Positions 9,127 through 18,126 of a DNA stretch of 64,000 bases are shown here, in pieces (position 1 is the stretch's first letter; each line of letters opens with the position of its first letter). The DNA lies in assembly GCA_963748625.1 (NCBI GenBank), contig CAVVJT010000007.1, forward strand, positions 320,001 through 384,000. Direction: 5' to 3'. This DNA comes from an uncultured Chloroflexia bacterium. GTDB lineage: Bacteria > Chloroflexota > Limnocylindria > Limnocylindrales > CSP1-4. Made by a program: the position numbers and the translations under genes. The notes beneath the pieces were generated by a model that saw only the letters and a program-made list of their open reading frames with translations, was not told the origin of the DNA and did no database searches.

Positions 9127-10167
9127 CTAGGCGTCCTCGGGGTCTTGGTCGTCGGTCCTGCGGCCCACCTGGAGCGGGGCCGGCAGGCTGCGCGCACCGG
9201 CCTCGAACAGGCCGCGGATGCGGTCGGTGAAGCTTGGCCGCGACGGGATGGTCGGGGTGGTGGGAGGCACCGGCACGGCGATCTCGTCGTACGGCCCAAG
9301 GGCCCGGTAGCGGCGGTACCGCATCTCGAGCAGCTCGTCCACGGGGATCGCACCCAGCCGGTCGAGCTCACGCACGATGGCAGCCTTGAGGCGGCGGGCA
9401 GTCTCGGGGACGTCGGTGTGGGCGCCGTCGGGCGGCTCGGCGATGACCTCGTCCACGACGCCAAGCGCCTGCTGGTCGCCGGCACTCATGCGCATTGCGA
9501 GCGCGGCGGTCGCGGCCTCATCGGTGGTCCGCCACAGGATGCTCGCGCAGCCCTCCGGGGAGATGACCGAGTAGACGGCGTTCTCGAGCGCGAGCACCAC
9601 GTCGCCCACGGCGATCGCGAGCGCGCCGCCCGAGCCGCCCTCGCCGGTGATCACGGTCACGATCGGCGTGCGCAGGCGGGTCATGAGGCCCACGGAACGG
9701 GCGATGGCCTCGGCGATGCCGCGCTCCTCGGACTCGGGGCCGGGATGGGCGCCGGGCACGTCCACGAACGTGACGACCGGGAGGCCGGAGCGCTCGGCGA
9801 GCTCCATGATCCGCATCGCCTTGCGGTATCCCTCCGGATGGGGCATGCCGAAGCTGCGCCGGACGTTCTCCTCGGTGTCGGCGCCCTTCTGCTGGCCGAT
9901 GACGGCCACCCGGTGGCCGCCGATGCGGGCGAACCCGGCGACGATGGCCTCGTCATCACCAAAGACGCGATCGCCGTGGAGCTCCACGAACTCGTCGGCC
10001 ATGACGGCGAGGAGCTCGAGGATCCGCGGCCGGCGCAGGTTCCGTGCGAGCTGGACCCGGCTCCAGACCTCGGCCTTGCGGTCGGCGGGCTCGGCTTCGG
10101 GGCTGGGCGCGTCGGTCGTGTCGGGCGCGGCGGTGGCGTCGCGGCCCCGCAGGAGGCGGTCAACCAC
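9127..10167 (-). CDS. accA: Acetyl-CoA carboxylase carboxyltransferase alpha subunit
   Basis: ELHGDRVFGDD, FGMPHPEGYRKAMR, EERGIAEAIA, GEGGSGGALA, YSVISPEGCASILW; GTG start overlaps accD stop. Confidence 0.95.
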   Translation of the reverse strand: MVDRLLRGRDATAAPDTTDAPSPEAEPADRKAEVWSRVQLARNLRRPRILELLAVMADEFVELHGDRVFGDDEAIVAGFARIGGHRVAVIGQQKGADTEENVRRSFGMPHPEGYRKAMRIMELAERSGLPVVTFVDVPGAHPGPESEERGIAEAIARSVGLMTRLRTPIVTVITGEGGSGGALAIAVGDVVLALENAVYSVISPEGCASILWRTTDEAATAALAMRMSAGDQQALGVVDEVIAEPPDGAHTDVPETARRLKAAIVRELDRLGAIPVDELLEMRYRRYRALGPYDEIAVPVPPTTPTIPSRPSFTDRIRGLFEAGARSLPAPLQVGRRTDDQDPEDA

Positions 10168-11011
10168 GGGTGGCCTCCACGGGCTGGGGCGCGAGGAAGC
10201 GCAGGATCTGGGCGAGCTCCGGGCGCAGGTCGGCGCGAGTGACGACGCGATCCACGAAGCCATGGCGGTAGAGGAACTCGGAGCGCTGGAACCCGGGTGG
10301 CAGCTCCTGGCCGATGGTGCCCGCGCCCACCCGCGCGCCCGCGAAGCCGATCAGGGCGTTGGGCTCCGCAAGGTTGATGTCGCCCATGGCGGCGTACGAG
10401 GCGAACACGCCACCCGTGGTGGGGTCGGACATGATCGAGACGTAGGGCACCTTGCCGGCGCGCAGGCGCTCCAGGGCCGCCATGGTCTTCGCGAGCTGCA
10501 TCAGCGCCAGCGTCCCCTCCTGCATCCGCGCCCCGCCCGACGCGGAGACGATGACCAGCGGCACCCGTTCGGCAAGGGCGCCCTCGGCGGATCGGGCGAC
10601 CTTCTCGCCCACGACGGCGCCCATCGAGCCGCCCATGAACCCGAAGTCCATCACCAGGATGGCGATCCGCTGGCCCTCGATGCGGCCGAAGCCCCAGACG
10701 GCGGCGTCGCGCAGGCCCGTGGCGACCTGGGCGGCCGCGACGCGATCGGGGTACGGCTTCTGGTCCACGAACCCGAGCGGGTCCACGGACACCAGCCCCG
10801 GGTCACGCTCCTCGAAGGTCCCCTCGTCGAGGAGCTGGCCGAGGCGGGCGGTCGCCGGGAGGCGGAAGTGGTGCCCGCAGGACGGGCACACGTGCATCGC
10901 CTTCTCGAGCGCCTTGTTGAACAGCTGCTCCTGGCACGAGGGACAGCGGGTCCACATCTTCTCGGGGAAGCTGTCCCGGCGGGACCGGAACTGCGGGAAG
11001 TTGACGGGCAT
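10160..11011 (-). CDS. accD: Acetyl-CoA carboxylase carboxyltransferase beta subunit
   Basis: Zn finger CPSC...CPSC, FMGGSMG, SGGARMQEG, LMQLAK, PTTGGV, IGFAGARV. Confidence 0.96.
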   Translation of the reverse strand: MPVNFPQFRSRRDSFPEKMWTRCPSCQEQLFNKALEKAMHVCPSCGHHFRLPATARLGQLLDEGTFEERDPGLVSVDPLGFVDQKPYPDRVAAAQVATGLRDAAVWGFGRIEGQRIAILVMDFGFMGGSMGAVVGEKVARSAEGALAERVPLVIVSASGGARMQEGTLALMQLAKTMAALERLRAGKVPYVSIMSDPTTGGVFASYAAMGDINLAEPNALIGFAGARVGAGTIGQELPPGFQRSEFLYRHGFVDRVVTRADLRPELAQILRFLAPQPVEATRG

Positions 11012-11622
11012 CAGGCAGGGCCTCCAAGGCCGGCTCCGGCGAGCGCCGCGTGGGCGGCCCGGCGGGCATGGGCGGTGCGGGCGGCGCGGCGCATGAGCGC
11101 CTCCGCGGTGCGGGCGTCGCCGTGGGCCGCGCGCCAGGCGACCCAGGCCACACCCACGATGGAGATGGCGGCAGAGGTGATCGCCGCGCCACCCACGACG
11201 TAAAGCGGGGTGCGGCTGGCGGTATCCCCGGCGGCGCGGGCGACGGCGTCCGCATCCGACGGGTCGAGCTCGCCGGTCAGGACGGCGGCGAGGAGCGGGT
11301 CGTCAAGGCGGCCGGGAGGTACGGCGCCCGGGAACGGGATGAGGGCGCCGCCGCCCACCGCCATGGCAGGAGCTGCCTGCGCGGCGGCCAGCTCGGCAAG
11401 GCGTCCGGCGAGGCGCTCCTCGAAGCGGAACGAGGGGTGGATGCGGACGAGCGAGGCCTGCAGGACGCGAGCGGCATGGCGGAGGCCGGGATCGAGAGCG
11501 GCGTCGGCAGGAACGTCCTCCGCGCGGCGCTCGGCCGCAGCGAGCAGATCCTCGAGGTAGCGATCGGCGACAAGGGCGTCGACCTGGTCTCCATCGCGGT
11601 CGGGCAGGCGCGGCACGGTCAT
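11011..11622 (-). CDS. Putative single-TM anti-sigma factor
   Basis: ATGA-coupled directly after an ECF sigma gene; N-terminal helical region (PSFRFEERL) and one TM segment followed by a short basic tail. Confidence 0.6.
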   Translation of the reverse strand: MTVPRLPDRDGDQVDALVADRYLEDLLAAAERRAEDVPADAALDPGLRHAARVLQASLVRIHPSFRFEERLAGRLAELAAAQAAPAMAVGGGALIPFPGAVPPGRLDDPLLAAVLTGELDPSDADAVARAAGDTASRTPLYVVGGAAITSAAISIVGVAWVAWRAAHGDARTAEALMRRAARTAHARRAAHAALAGAGLGGPA

Positions 11623-12329
11623 GCGCGGCTGCCCCGGTCCCGACCGGGCTGGGTGCCCCCGTCACGACGAAGCCCGGTGCCCCGGTCCCGGCTGAGCGCG
11701 GTGCCCCGGTCCCGCCCGAGCTCCTTGGCGACGGCCCCGAGCGCCCGGTGGATCAGGACGCGGACGGCGCCCTCGGACCTGCCCAGGACGCCGGCGATCT
11801 CCGCGGTGCTCATCTCCTCCACGAACCGCAGTTCCAGGGCGCGGCGCCGGTCGTCGGGCAGGGAGCGCAGCGCCCGCAGGGCCTCGGTGGCCTCGTCGCG
11901 GGTCACCGCGTCATGCTCCAGGTCCGTGGTGTCCGCGAGGGCGAGCCCCGCGCCGAGCGCGAGGTCCAGCGAGTCGGCGGGCTTGCGGTTGCGGGTCCGG
12001 CGCTCGTTGGCAATCACGTTGCGCGCGATCCGGAACAGCCACACGCGGAACGTGGAGGCCTCGGGGCCGTCCTCGGCGCGGGCCTGCTCCCGGAAACGCG
12101 GCAGCGCCGCCAGCGCCCGCAGGAAGGTCCGCTCGGTGGCGTCCTCCGCGGCGTGGTGGTCGGCGAGCTCGTAGAGCGCGAACGCATACACCTGGGCGAG
12201 GTACTTCCGGTACAGGGCGTCGAACTGGGCGGGGTCCCGGCGTGCCGCCTCCACGAGGCGCCGGTCGCGATCGAGCGCGACGACGCCCTCGCCGGCGCGC
12301 TCCTGCCTACCAAACACCGGGCGGACCAT
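11619..12329 (-). CDS. ECF-family RNA polymerase sigma factor
   Basis: Region 2: FDALYRKY...AEDATERTFLRA...FRVWLFRIARN; region 4: LPDDRRRALELRFVEEMSTAEIAGVLGRSEGAVRVLIHRA. Confidence 0.93.
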   Translation of the reverse strand: MVRPVFGRQERAGEGVVALDRDRRLVEAARRDPAQFDALYRKYLAQVYAFALYELADHHAAEDATERTFLRALAALPRFREQARAEDGPEASTFRVWLFRIARNVIANERRTRNRKPADSLDLALGAGLALADTTDLEHDAVTRDEATEALRALRSLPDDRRRALELRFVEEMSTAEIAGVLGRSEGAVRVLIHRALGAVAKELGRDRGTALSRDRGTGLRRDGGTQPGRDRGSRA

Positions 12330-12333
12330 CGCG

Positions 12334-13278
12334 TTACACCCCGTCCCGCTGGGCGGGCGTGTCCTGGTCGGCGGCGGCGTCCCCGCGGTCGGAGTCGGGC
12401 GGCGCGGCCAGGCGCACACGGACGACCTCGCCGGCGTGAACGTGGCGCTCCCCGCCCGGCACCTCGTCGTCGGCCAGGACCAGCGCGCCGCTGGAGCCGT
12501 CCACACCGAGAGCCGGCAGCGGCTCGGTGGCCGACCCGTCGGGTGCCTCGAGGGTCACCAGGCGTCCGGTGGTGACCTGGCGCCGCGTCCAGGTGTCCAC
12601 GTCGAACCAGCCGGCACGCAGGGCCTCGTGCCGGCCGGCCAGCCGGTCGGCGAACGCGTCGAACAGGGCGTCCCGATCGATCGGACGGCCGCCGGACGCC
12701 TCGCGCAGGCTCGTCATGGTGTGGGCGATGTCGGGCGGGAAGGCGTCCTGCGTCCAGTCGGTGTTGATCCCGATGCCCACCACCACCCGCGGGTTGTCGG
12801 TGCCCAGGCCATCGCTCTCGCCGAGGACCCCCGCGAGCTTCTGCAGCCGCAGCGGCGCGGCCAGGCGCTCGGAGGCCTCGTCGGCGGACAGGAGGCCCGT
12901 CAGCAGTGCGTTCGGCCCAGCGGTCTCGATCACGAGGTCGTTCGGCCACTTCAGGCGGATGGCGCCCTCGGGGAGTCCTGCGGTGTCCTCGGCGGCATCG
13001 CACATGGCGAGGGCCACCGTGGCGGCGACGCGCCAGGCGCGGTCGGGCGGGAGATACGCGGGCCGGAAGCCGAGCGAGCAGAGAAGCGCCGCTCCGGGGG
13101 GCGCCGTCCACGTGCGGCCGTGGCGCCCGCGCCCGGCGGTCTGCTCATCGGCGAGCGCGCAGCACACCTCGGGCGTGGCGTCGAGCAGCCACGTCCGCAC
13201 GATGTCATTGGTGCTGCCGGTGGACGGGTACCGCTCGACCCGGCTGAAGACCGAACCGCCGGCAGGAGCCTCGGTCAC
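12334..13278 (-). CDS. birA: Biotin--protein ligase (no N-terminal HTH, class I)
   Basis: TGSTND, ADEQTAGRGRHGRTW, LKWPND, KLAGVLGE, VVGIGIN, AGEV. Confidence 0.92.
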   Translation of the reverse strand: MTEAPAGGSVFSRVERYPSTGSTNDIVRTWLLDATPEVCCALADEQTAGRGRHGRTWTAPPGAALLCSLGFRPAYLPPDRAWRVAATVALAMCDAAEDTAGLPEGAIRLKWPNDLVIETAGPNALLTGLLSADEASERLAAPLRLQKLAGVLGESDGLGTDNPRVVVGIGINTDWTQDAFPPDIAHTMTSLREASGGRPIDRDALFDAFADRLAGRHEALRAGWFDVDTWTRRQVTTGRLVTLEAPDGSATEPLPALGVDGSSGALVLADDEVPGGERHVHAGEVVRVRLAAPPDSDRGDAAADQDTPAQRDGV

Positions 13279-14585
13279 CGAGCCTCGGCCGGCGCAGTGC
13301 CCGCGGTGTCTGGCGCCTCAGGCTGCTCCAGCTGGAACGCGGCGTGCAGGGCGCGCACGGCGTCCTCCACGCGATCCTCGGCGATGATCGTGGTGATCCG
13401 GATCTCCGACGTGGAGATCATCTCGATGTTGATCCCGGTGTCCGCGAGCACGCCGAACATCTTGGCCGCGTAGCCCGGCGCGTTCTGGATGCCCGCACCC
13501 ACGATCGACACCTTGGCCACCGACGAGTCCGTGGTCATGTCGCGGAAGCCCAGCTCACGGATGAGCGGCTCAAGCATGCGCTTGGCCTTGGCCAGCTCCA
13601 CGCGGGGGATCGTGAACGAGATGTCCGTGGCGCCGCCGTGGCCCACGTTCTGGACGATCATGTCGACGTTGATCCCGGCCTCGGCGAGCGGGCCGAAGAC
13701 GTCATGGGCGACGCCCGGCTTGTCCGGCACGTCCACGAGCGTGATCTTGGCCACGTTCCGGTCGTGAGCGAGGCCGCGCACCTTGTTCCGCTGCTCCACG
13801 CGCGGGTCCTCCTTGATCAGGGTTCCGGGGGCGTCCTCGAACGAGCTGAGGACCTCGATGACGACGTCGTTGACCCAGCCGAGCTCCACGGCGCGCACCT
13901 GCATCACCTGGGCTCCCTGATTGGCGAGCTCCATCATCTCCTCGTAGCCGATGACGGGGAGCTGGGTGGCGTCGGACGCGATCCGCGGATCCGCGGTGTA
14001 GATGCCCTTGACGTCGGTGTAGATCTGGCAGCGGTCCGCCTGCAGCTGGGCTGCGAGGGCGACCGCGGTGGTGTCGGAGCCGCCCCGGCCGAGCGTGGTG
14101 ATCTCGGCGGCGTGGACGTCGCTGGCGGTGTCACTTGCCTCGAGCCGGCCGGCCTTGACCGACATGCCCTGGAAGCCGGCGACGATGACGACCTTGCCGG
14201 CGCCGATCTCGGCACGGACCCTTCGGGGGTCGATGCCGGCGATCCGGGCCTTGCCGTAGCGCCCGTCGGTGGTGATGCCGGCCTGGGGGCCGGTCAGGCT
14301 GATCGCCGGGACGCCGAGTGAGTGGAGTGCCATCGACATGAGCGTGGCGCTCTGGTGCTCGCCGGTGGCGAGGAGGACATCGAGCTCGCGGGCGTCGGGG
14401 TCGTCGGTGATGGCAGCGGCGAGCGCGAGAAGCTCGTCGGTCGTGTCGCCCATCGCGGAGACGACGACCACCAGGTCGGAGCCATTGGCGCGTTCCCGGG
14501 CGATGCGCCGCGCGACGCGCTTGATGCGCTCCGCATTGCCAACGGACGAGCCGCCGAACTTCATGACGACGAGGGGGCTGGACAT
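13275..14585 (-). CDS. lysC: Aspartate kinase
   Basis: VMKFGGSSV, VVSAMGDTTD, TTLGRGGSDTTA, YTDVKGIYTADPR, two ACT domains ending MISTSEIRI. Confidence 0.96.
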   Translation of the reverse strand: MSSPLVVMKFGGSSVGNAERIKRVARRIARERANGSDLVVVVSAMGDTTDELLALAAAITDDPDARELDVLLATGEHQSATLMSMALHSLGVPAISLTGPQAGITTDGRYGKARIAGIDPRRVRAEIGAGKVVIVAGFQGMSVKAGRLEASDTASDVHAAEITTLGRGGSDTTAVALAAQLQADRCQIYTDVKGIYTADPRIASDATQLPVIGYEEMMELANQGAQVMQVRAVELGWVNDVVIEVLSSFEDAPGTLIKEDPRVEQRNKVRGLAHDRNVAKITLVDVPDKPGVAHDVFGPLAEAGINVDMIVQNVGHGGATDISFTIPRVELAKAKRMLEPLIRELGFRDMTTDSSVAKVSIVGAGIQNAPGYAAKMFGVLADTGINIEMISTSEIRITTIIAEDRVEDAVRALHAAFQLEQPEAPDTAGTAPAEAR

Positions 14586-14592
14586 GGCGGGC

Positions 14593-14598
14593 ATTCTA
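14593..14598 (-). promoter_or_regulatory. -10 element (TAGAAT) of a probably leaderless lysC transcript
   Basis: TAGAAT-GCCCGCC-ATG with no Shine-Dalgarno sequence. Confidence 0.65.
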
Positions 14599-14664
14599 GC
14601 GCGGGAGGTTGCGGTTCCTCCGTTGCGAGTCGGTGTCGGCGCCACCCGGACGCGCGCGGGTGGC

Positions 14665-14728
14665 TCCCGGGGACACGAGGCGCCCGGCTCCGCCGCGGGC
14701 GGCGTCCCGGGGACACGAGGCGCCCGGC
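14665..14728. repeat. 24-bp direct repeat (2 copies)
   Basis: tcccggggacacgaggcgcccggc at 14665-14688 and 14705-14728. Confidence 0.85.
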
Positions 14729-14732
14729 GCCG

Positions 14733-14906
14733 CGTTTCATCCGCACAAGGATGGTTTGGCCGTTCCTATCCTTGTGGGGATCGTTTCCGAATGGTGCGTG
14801 CAGGGATCAGACCACGAAGTCGGGGTTCGGTGCCCGACCTCCGCACGCCGGTGGCCGTTTCCATCCGCACGAGGATGCTTTGCCGATCCCATCCCCGTGG
14901 GGATGA
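14733..14906. repeat. Two related REP-like imperfect palindromes
   Basis: catccgcacaaggatg...atccttgtggggat (~14738-14781) and catccgcacgaggatg...catccccgtggggatg (~14862-14905). Confidence 0.7.
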
Positions 14907-15047
14907 TTTCGGGGCCGGGCGGCAGGGGCCGGCGGAGGGGGCTTTGCGGCCGCCCGCACAGGCGCGACAATCCCGGTGCGCACCGTGGACCCCCGCGCCC
15001 CGCCAGACCAGCCAGCCAGCCGCCCCGCCCCGTGAGGACCAGCGCCC

Positions 15048-15815
15048 ATGTGCTTCGACCACGACTCCCGCCCCCCGATCGAGCCCATCGAGGGCGGCGC
15101 GCTCGACGCAGGCGAGATCGAGCTGGTCTCCGCCGACGGGACGCGCTTCGCGGCCTACCTCGCCCAGGCGGCAGAGCCGACGGGGGCCGGGATCGTGATC
15201 CTGCCCGACGTACGCGGCCTGCACGAGTACTACCGCGAGCTCGCCCTGCGCTTCGCGGAGCACGGCGTCGACGCGATCGCCATCGACTACTTCGGGCGGA
15301 CCGCCGGCATCGGTAACCGGGGGCCGGGCTTCGACTGGGCGCCGCACGTGCCCCAGACCACGTACGAGGGGCTGCGCGACGACGTCAGTGCCGCCGGCGC
15401 GCACCTGCGCCTTGCCACGGGTGCGACCCGGATCCACACGATCGGGTTCTGCATGGGCGGGCGGCTCGCGCTCCTCTCGGCCGGGTTCGGGCTGGACCTC
15501 GCGGGTGTCGTCGGCTTCTACGGGTGGCCGGTGGGTCCCGCGCGCAACGGCACGCCGGCGCCGGCGGAGGTCGCAGCCACGTTCGCCAGCCCGGTCCTGG
15601 CGATCTTCGGCGGGGCCGACGAGGGGATCCCGGCCACCGCGATCGAGACCTTCGAACGAGAGCTGGAGCTCGCGGGCGTGGACCACCGGGTCGTGACGTA
15701 CCCGGGCGCGCCGCACTCCTTCTTCGACCGCAAGGCCGAGGAGTTCGCGGCGACATCGGCGAGTGCCTGGGACGAGGTCACCAGGTTCCTGGGCCTCGGC
15801 GCCGGCCCGTCGTGA
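15048..15815 (+). CDS. Dienelactone hydrolase family protein
   Basis: PDVRGLHEYY, nucleophile elbow GFCMGG, FGGADEGI, YPGAPHSFFDR. Confidence 0.9.
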   Translation: MCFDHDSRPPIEPIEGGALDAGEIELVSADGTRFAAYLAQAAEPTGAGIVILPDVRGLHEYYRELALRFAEHGVDAIAIDYFGRTAGIGNRGPGFDWAPHVPQTTYEGLRDDVSAAGAHLRLATGATRIHTIGFCMGGRLALLSAGFGLDLAGVVGFYGWPVGPARNGTPAPAEVAATFASPVLAIFGGADEGIPATAIETFERELELAGVDHRVVTYPGAPHSFFDRKAEEFAATSASAWDEVTRFLGLGAGPS

Positions 15816-16060
15816 GCTTCCTGCGCCGGCTGGTCGGCGGATCGGGGGCGCCCAGACCGGCTGAGCCCGCACCAACACCTGCCGAGGTGCAGGCGGCTGA
15901 CCAGGCCTACGAGCGCCAGCTGCTGCGCGACGAGGCCGAGCGCCTCTCCTCCGAGCTGCTCCAGCGCCAGATGCGGTACGCGGACAGGTCGTGGACGCCG
16001 CCGGCCCAAGGTGGCGATGTGCGCGCGACCCTCGGTGGAGACGACCCAGCGTCCAGCTGA
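15812..16060 (+). CDS. Small hypothetical protein
   Basis: GTGA-coupled to the hydrolase stop; MSFLRRLVGG start and a charged helical core. Confidence 0.6.
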   Translation: MSFLRRLVGGSGAPRPAEPAPTPAEVQAADQAYERQLLRDEAERLSSELLQRQMRYADRSWTPPAQGGDVRATLGGDDPASS

Positions 16061-16173
16061 GAAGCAGACCCGGCCGCGATGCGTTTGGCGCAACTGGCGC
16101 ATTGCCAGCGCGCCCGATCGCGGCCATCATCGCGGCCTGCCGTCGCCGGACCATCGCCACCCATGGGAGTCAC

Positions 16174-18010
16174 GTGAACGCTGCTGCCCGCACCCTCGTC
16201 TCGATCCTCGTCGCCCTCGCGGTGCTTCCGCTCGGCGCCGGTCCGGCGAGCGCCACCAGCCCGCTCAGCGGCACGGTGACCATCAACGGCGACACCACGA
16301 CGCCGGTCAACGGCTCCATCTACGCGACCGTGCCGGGGTCCGGGTATGCGTCGGGCTGGACGATCACCAACGGCACCTTCTCCGTCCCCGCCGCCGCTGA
16401 CGGCGACTACAAGTTCTTCGTCACGATCTCCACGATGGACGGCCTGCGGCGCTACTACAAGGAAGGCGACCCGGCCGGCGTCCCAGACGAGGCCTCCGCC
16501 ACGCTGGTCCACCTGGCGTCCGCCCCCAAGACCCTGGACTGGCAGCTGGCCCCGATCGCCACCCTGTCCGGCACGGTCAAGGACGGCGACGGCACCGGGC
16601 TCGCCGCCGCCGACGTGTTCATCAATCGCCTCGGCATGGTGCGGTCCACCAAGACCGACGGCTCGGGTGCCTACACCTTCGGATACGTGCAATCAGGGAC
16701 GGTCACGATGACGGCGCGGGGACCCGAGACGCTCTCGGGCTCCACCCGGAAGGTCGTGCTCCCGGCCAGCGGGTCTGCGGTCGAGAACTTCGTGCTGCTG
16801 CCCAAGGGGCACATCGAGGGCACGGTGACCGATGCTGCCTCCGGCGACCCGATCGCCTACATCGACGTGAGCGCCTTCACCACGCTCCACAACTACAACA
16901 ACTCGGCCACCACGGATGCCAACGGCCACTTCGCGTTCGACGTCGACCCCGACTCGTACGTGCTGCGGTTCGACGATTTCGGCCTTCGCCAGCTACCCGG
17001 GCACGTTCAATGGCGGGGCGCTGGTCATCGACGATGCGACCCCCTTCGCGGTGGCGTCGGAAGCGACGGTCACCCACGACGAGGTCCTGACGGCCAACCC
17101 GGATCCGCGCCTGGTCGCCCATGCCCTCAGCGGCGTGGTCACGGACACCGGCAGTCCCCCGGCGCCGCTCGGCGGCATTGAGGTCACGGCCTCGCACGGC
17201 GTCGACATGTACACCACGACCACGGACCGCCTGGGCCGGTGGGCGCTCGGCACGCCGGACGCTCCCCTCCCCGACCAGGACTACCAGCTGCGGGCCGAGC
17301 AGGGCTGGCGGCTCATCAACCTGCACCCAGACCTCGTCCCGTGGTTCCCGGAGCTCTATCCGGATGCCTGGACGGCCGCCACGGCGACCACGATCACGGT
17401 CGCGGGCAACACGCAGGACAACCTCGACATGGCTCTCGACCGGGCGGCGCGCATTGCGGTCACCGCGTCCGCGGCCGGGACCGGCACCCTGCACACGGGC
17501 TACCGGGTGATGACCCCGGCCGGCGCAGTCGTGGCGGACGTGCCCGCGACCACCTCGAGCCCTGCCAGCCCGATCGCCGTGCTACTGCGAACCGGGACGT
17601 GGAAGATCCTTGCCTCGGGCTTCCGGGGCGACACGGCGCCGGGCACCCGCCTCCTGCCGCAGTGGCTCGGGGGCGGCGCCTCGTTGTCGACGGCGGGCTT
17701 GTTCGCCGTCACCTCGGGCCAGGACAGCACGACGACGGTCACGCTGCCGAGTGCCCTGCGCGCGACCACGGCCCCTCGGATCACGGGCAAGCCCAAGGTT
17801 GGCCGGAAGCTCGTCGCGACGACGGGAACGTGGAACCTGATGACCGCGACGACCTTCACGTTCAAGTGGCTGCGCGGCACCAAGGTGATCGGCCGGACGG
17901 CCACGCATCGGGTCGTGTCGGCCGATCGGGGCCGGACCCTCAAGGTGCGCGTGACGGCGGTCAACGGGACATTCCGGACCACGATCACCCGCAAGATCAA
18001 AGTGCCCTGA
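16174..18010 (+). pseudogene. Secreted carboxypeptidase-regulatory-like/Ig-repeat surface protein, frameshifted near 16978
   Basis: Signal peptide (VNAAARTLVSILVALAVLPLGAGPASA), repeated GTVKD..TxTDGxGxY modules; coding signal switches frame at GATTTCG; C-terminal PRITGKPKVG...FKWLRG domain. Confidence 0.75.
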
Positions 18011-18092
18011 TCGCGTCGACCCGGACGGGGCGCTGACGAGGATCCGGGTGCCCTGGTCTCGAGCGCCGGCGGGCTCGCCCGGTCAGGCGCCG

Positions 18093-18126
18093 GCGCGCCC
18101 GCTCAGATGCGTGCGCGCCCGCTCAG
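18093..18126. repeat. 14-bp direct repeat at the MFS gene 3' end
   Basis: gcgcgcccgctcag at 18093-18106 and 18113-18126. Confidence 0.7.

Noticed and set aside
6551-9130. 859-aa plus-strand ORF (and similar long ORFs at 24737..27157, 32709..34778, 36672..38918, 46944..49136)
   Set aside because: Antisense shadows of well-supported genes; long stop-free frames are expected at this GC content and they carry no recognisable motifs
14733-14906. Possible mini CRISPR array
   Set aside because: Only two diverged units about 80 nt apart and no cas genes in the window
14586-15047. Lysine riboswitch or T-box upstream of lysC
   Set aside because: No consensus elements seen, and the TAGAAT-7-ATG arrangement indicates a leaderless transcript
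16086-16106. TGGCGCA direct repeat as a sigma54 promoter
   Set aside because: No TTGC at the required spacing from the GG; the repeat lies inside a terminator-like inverted repeat
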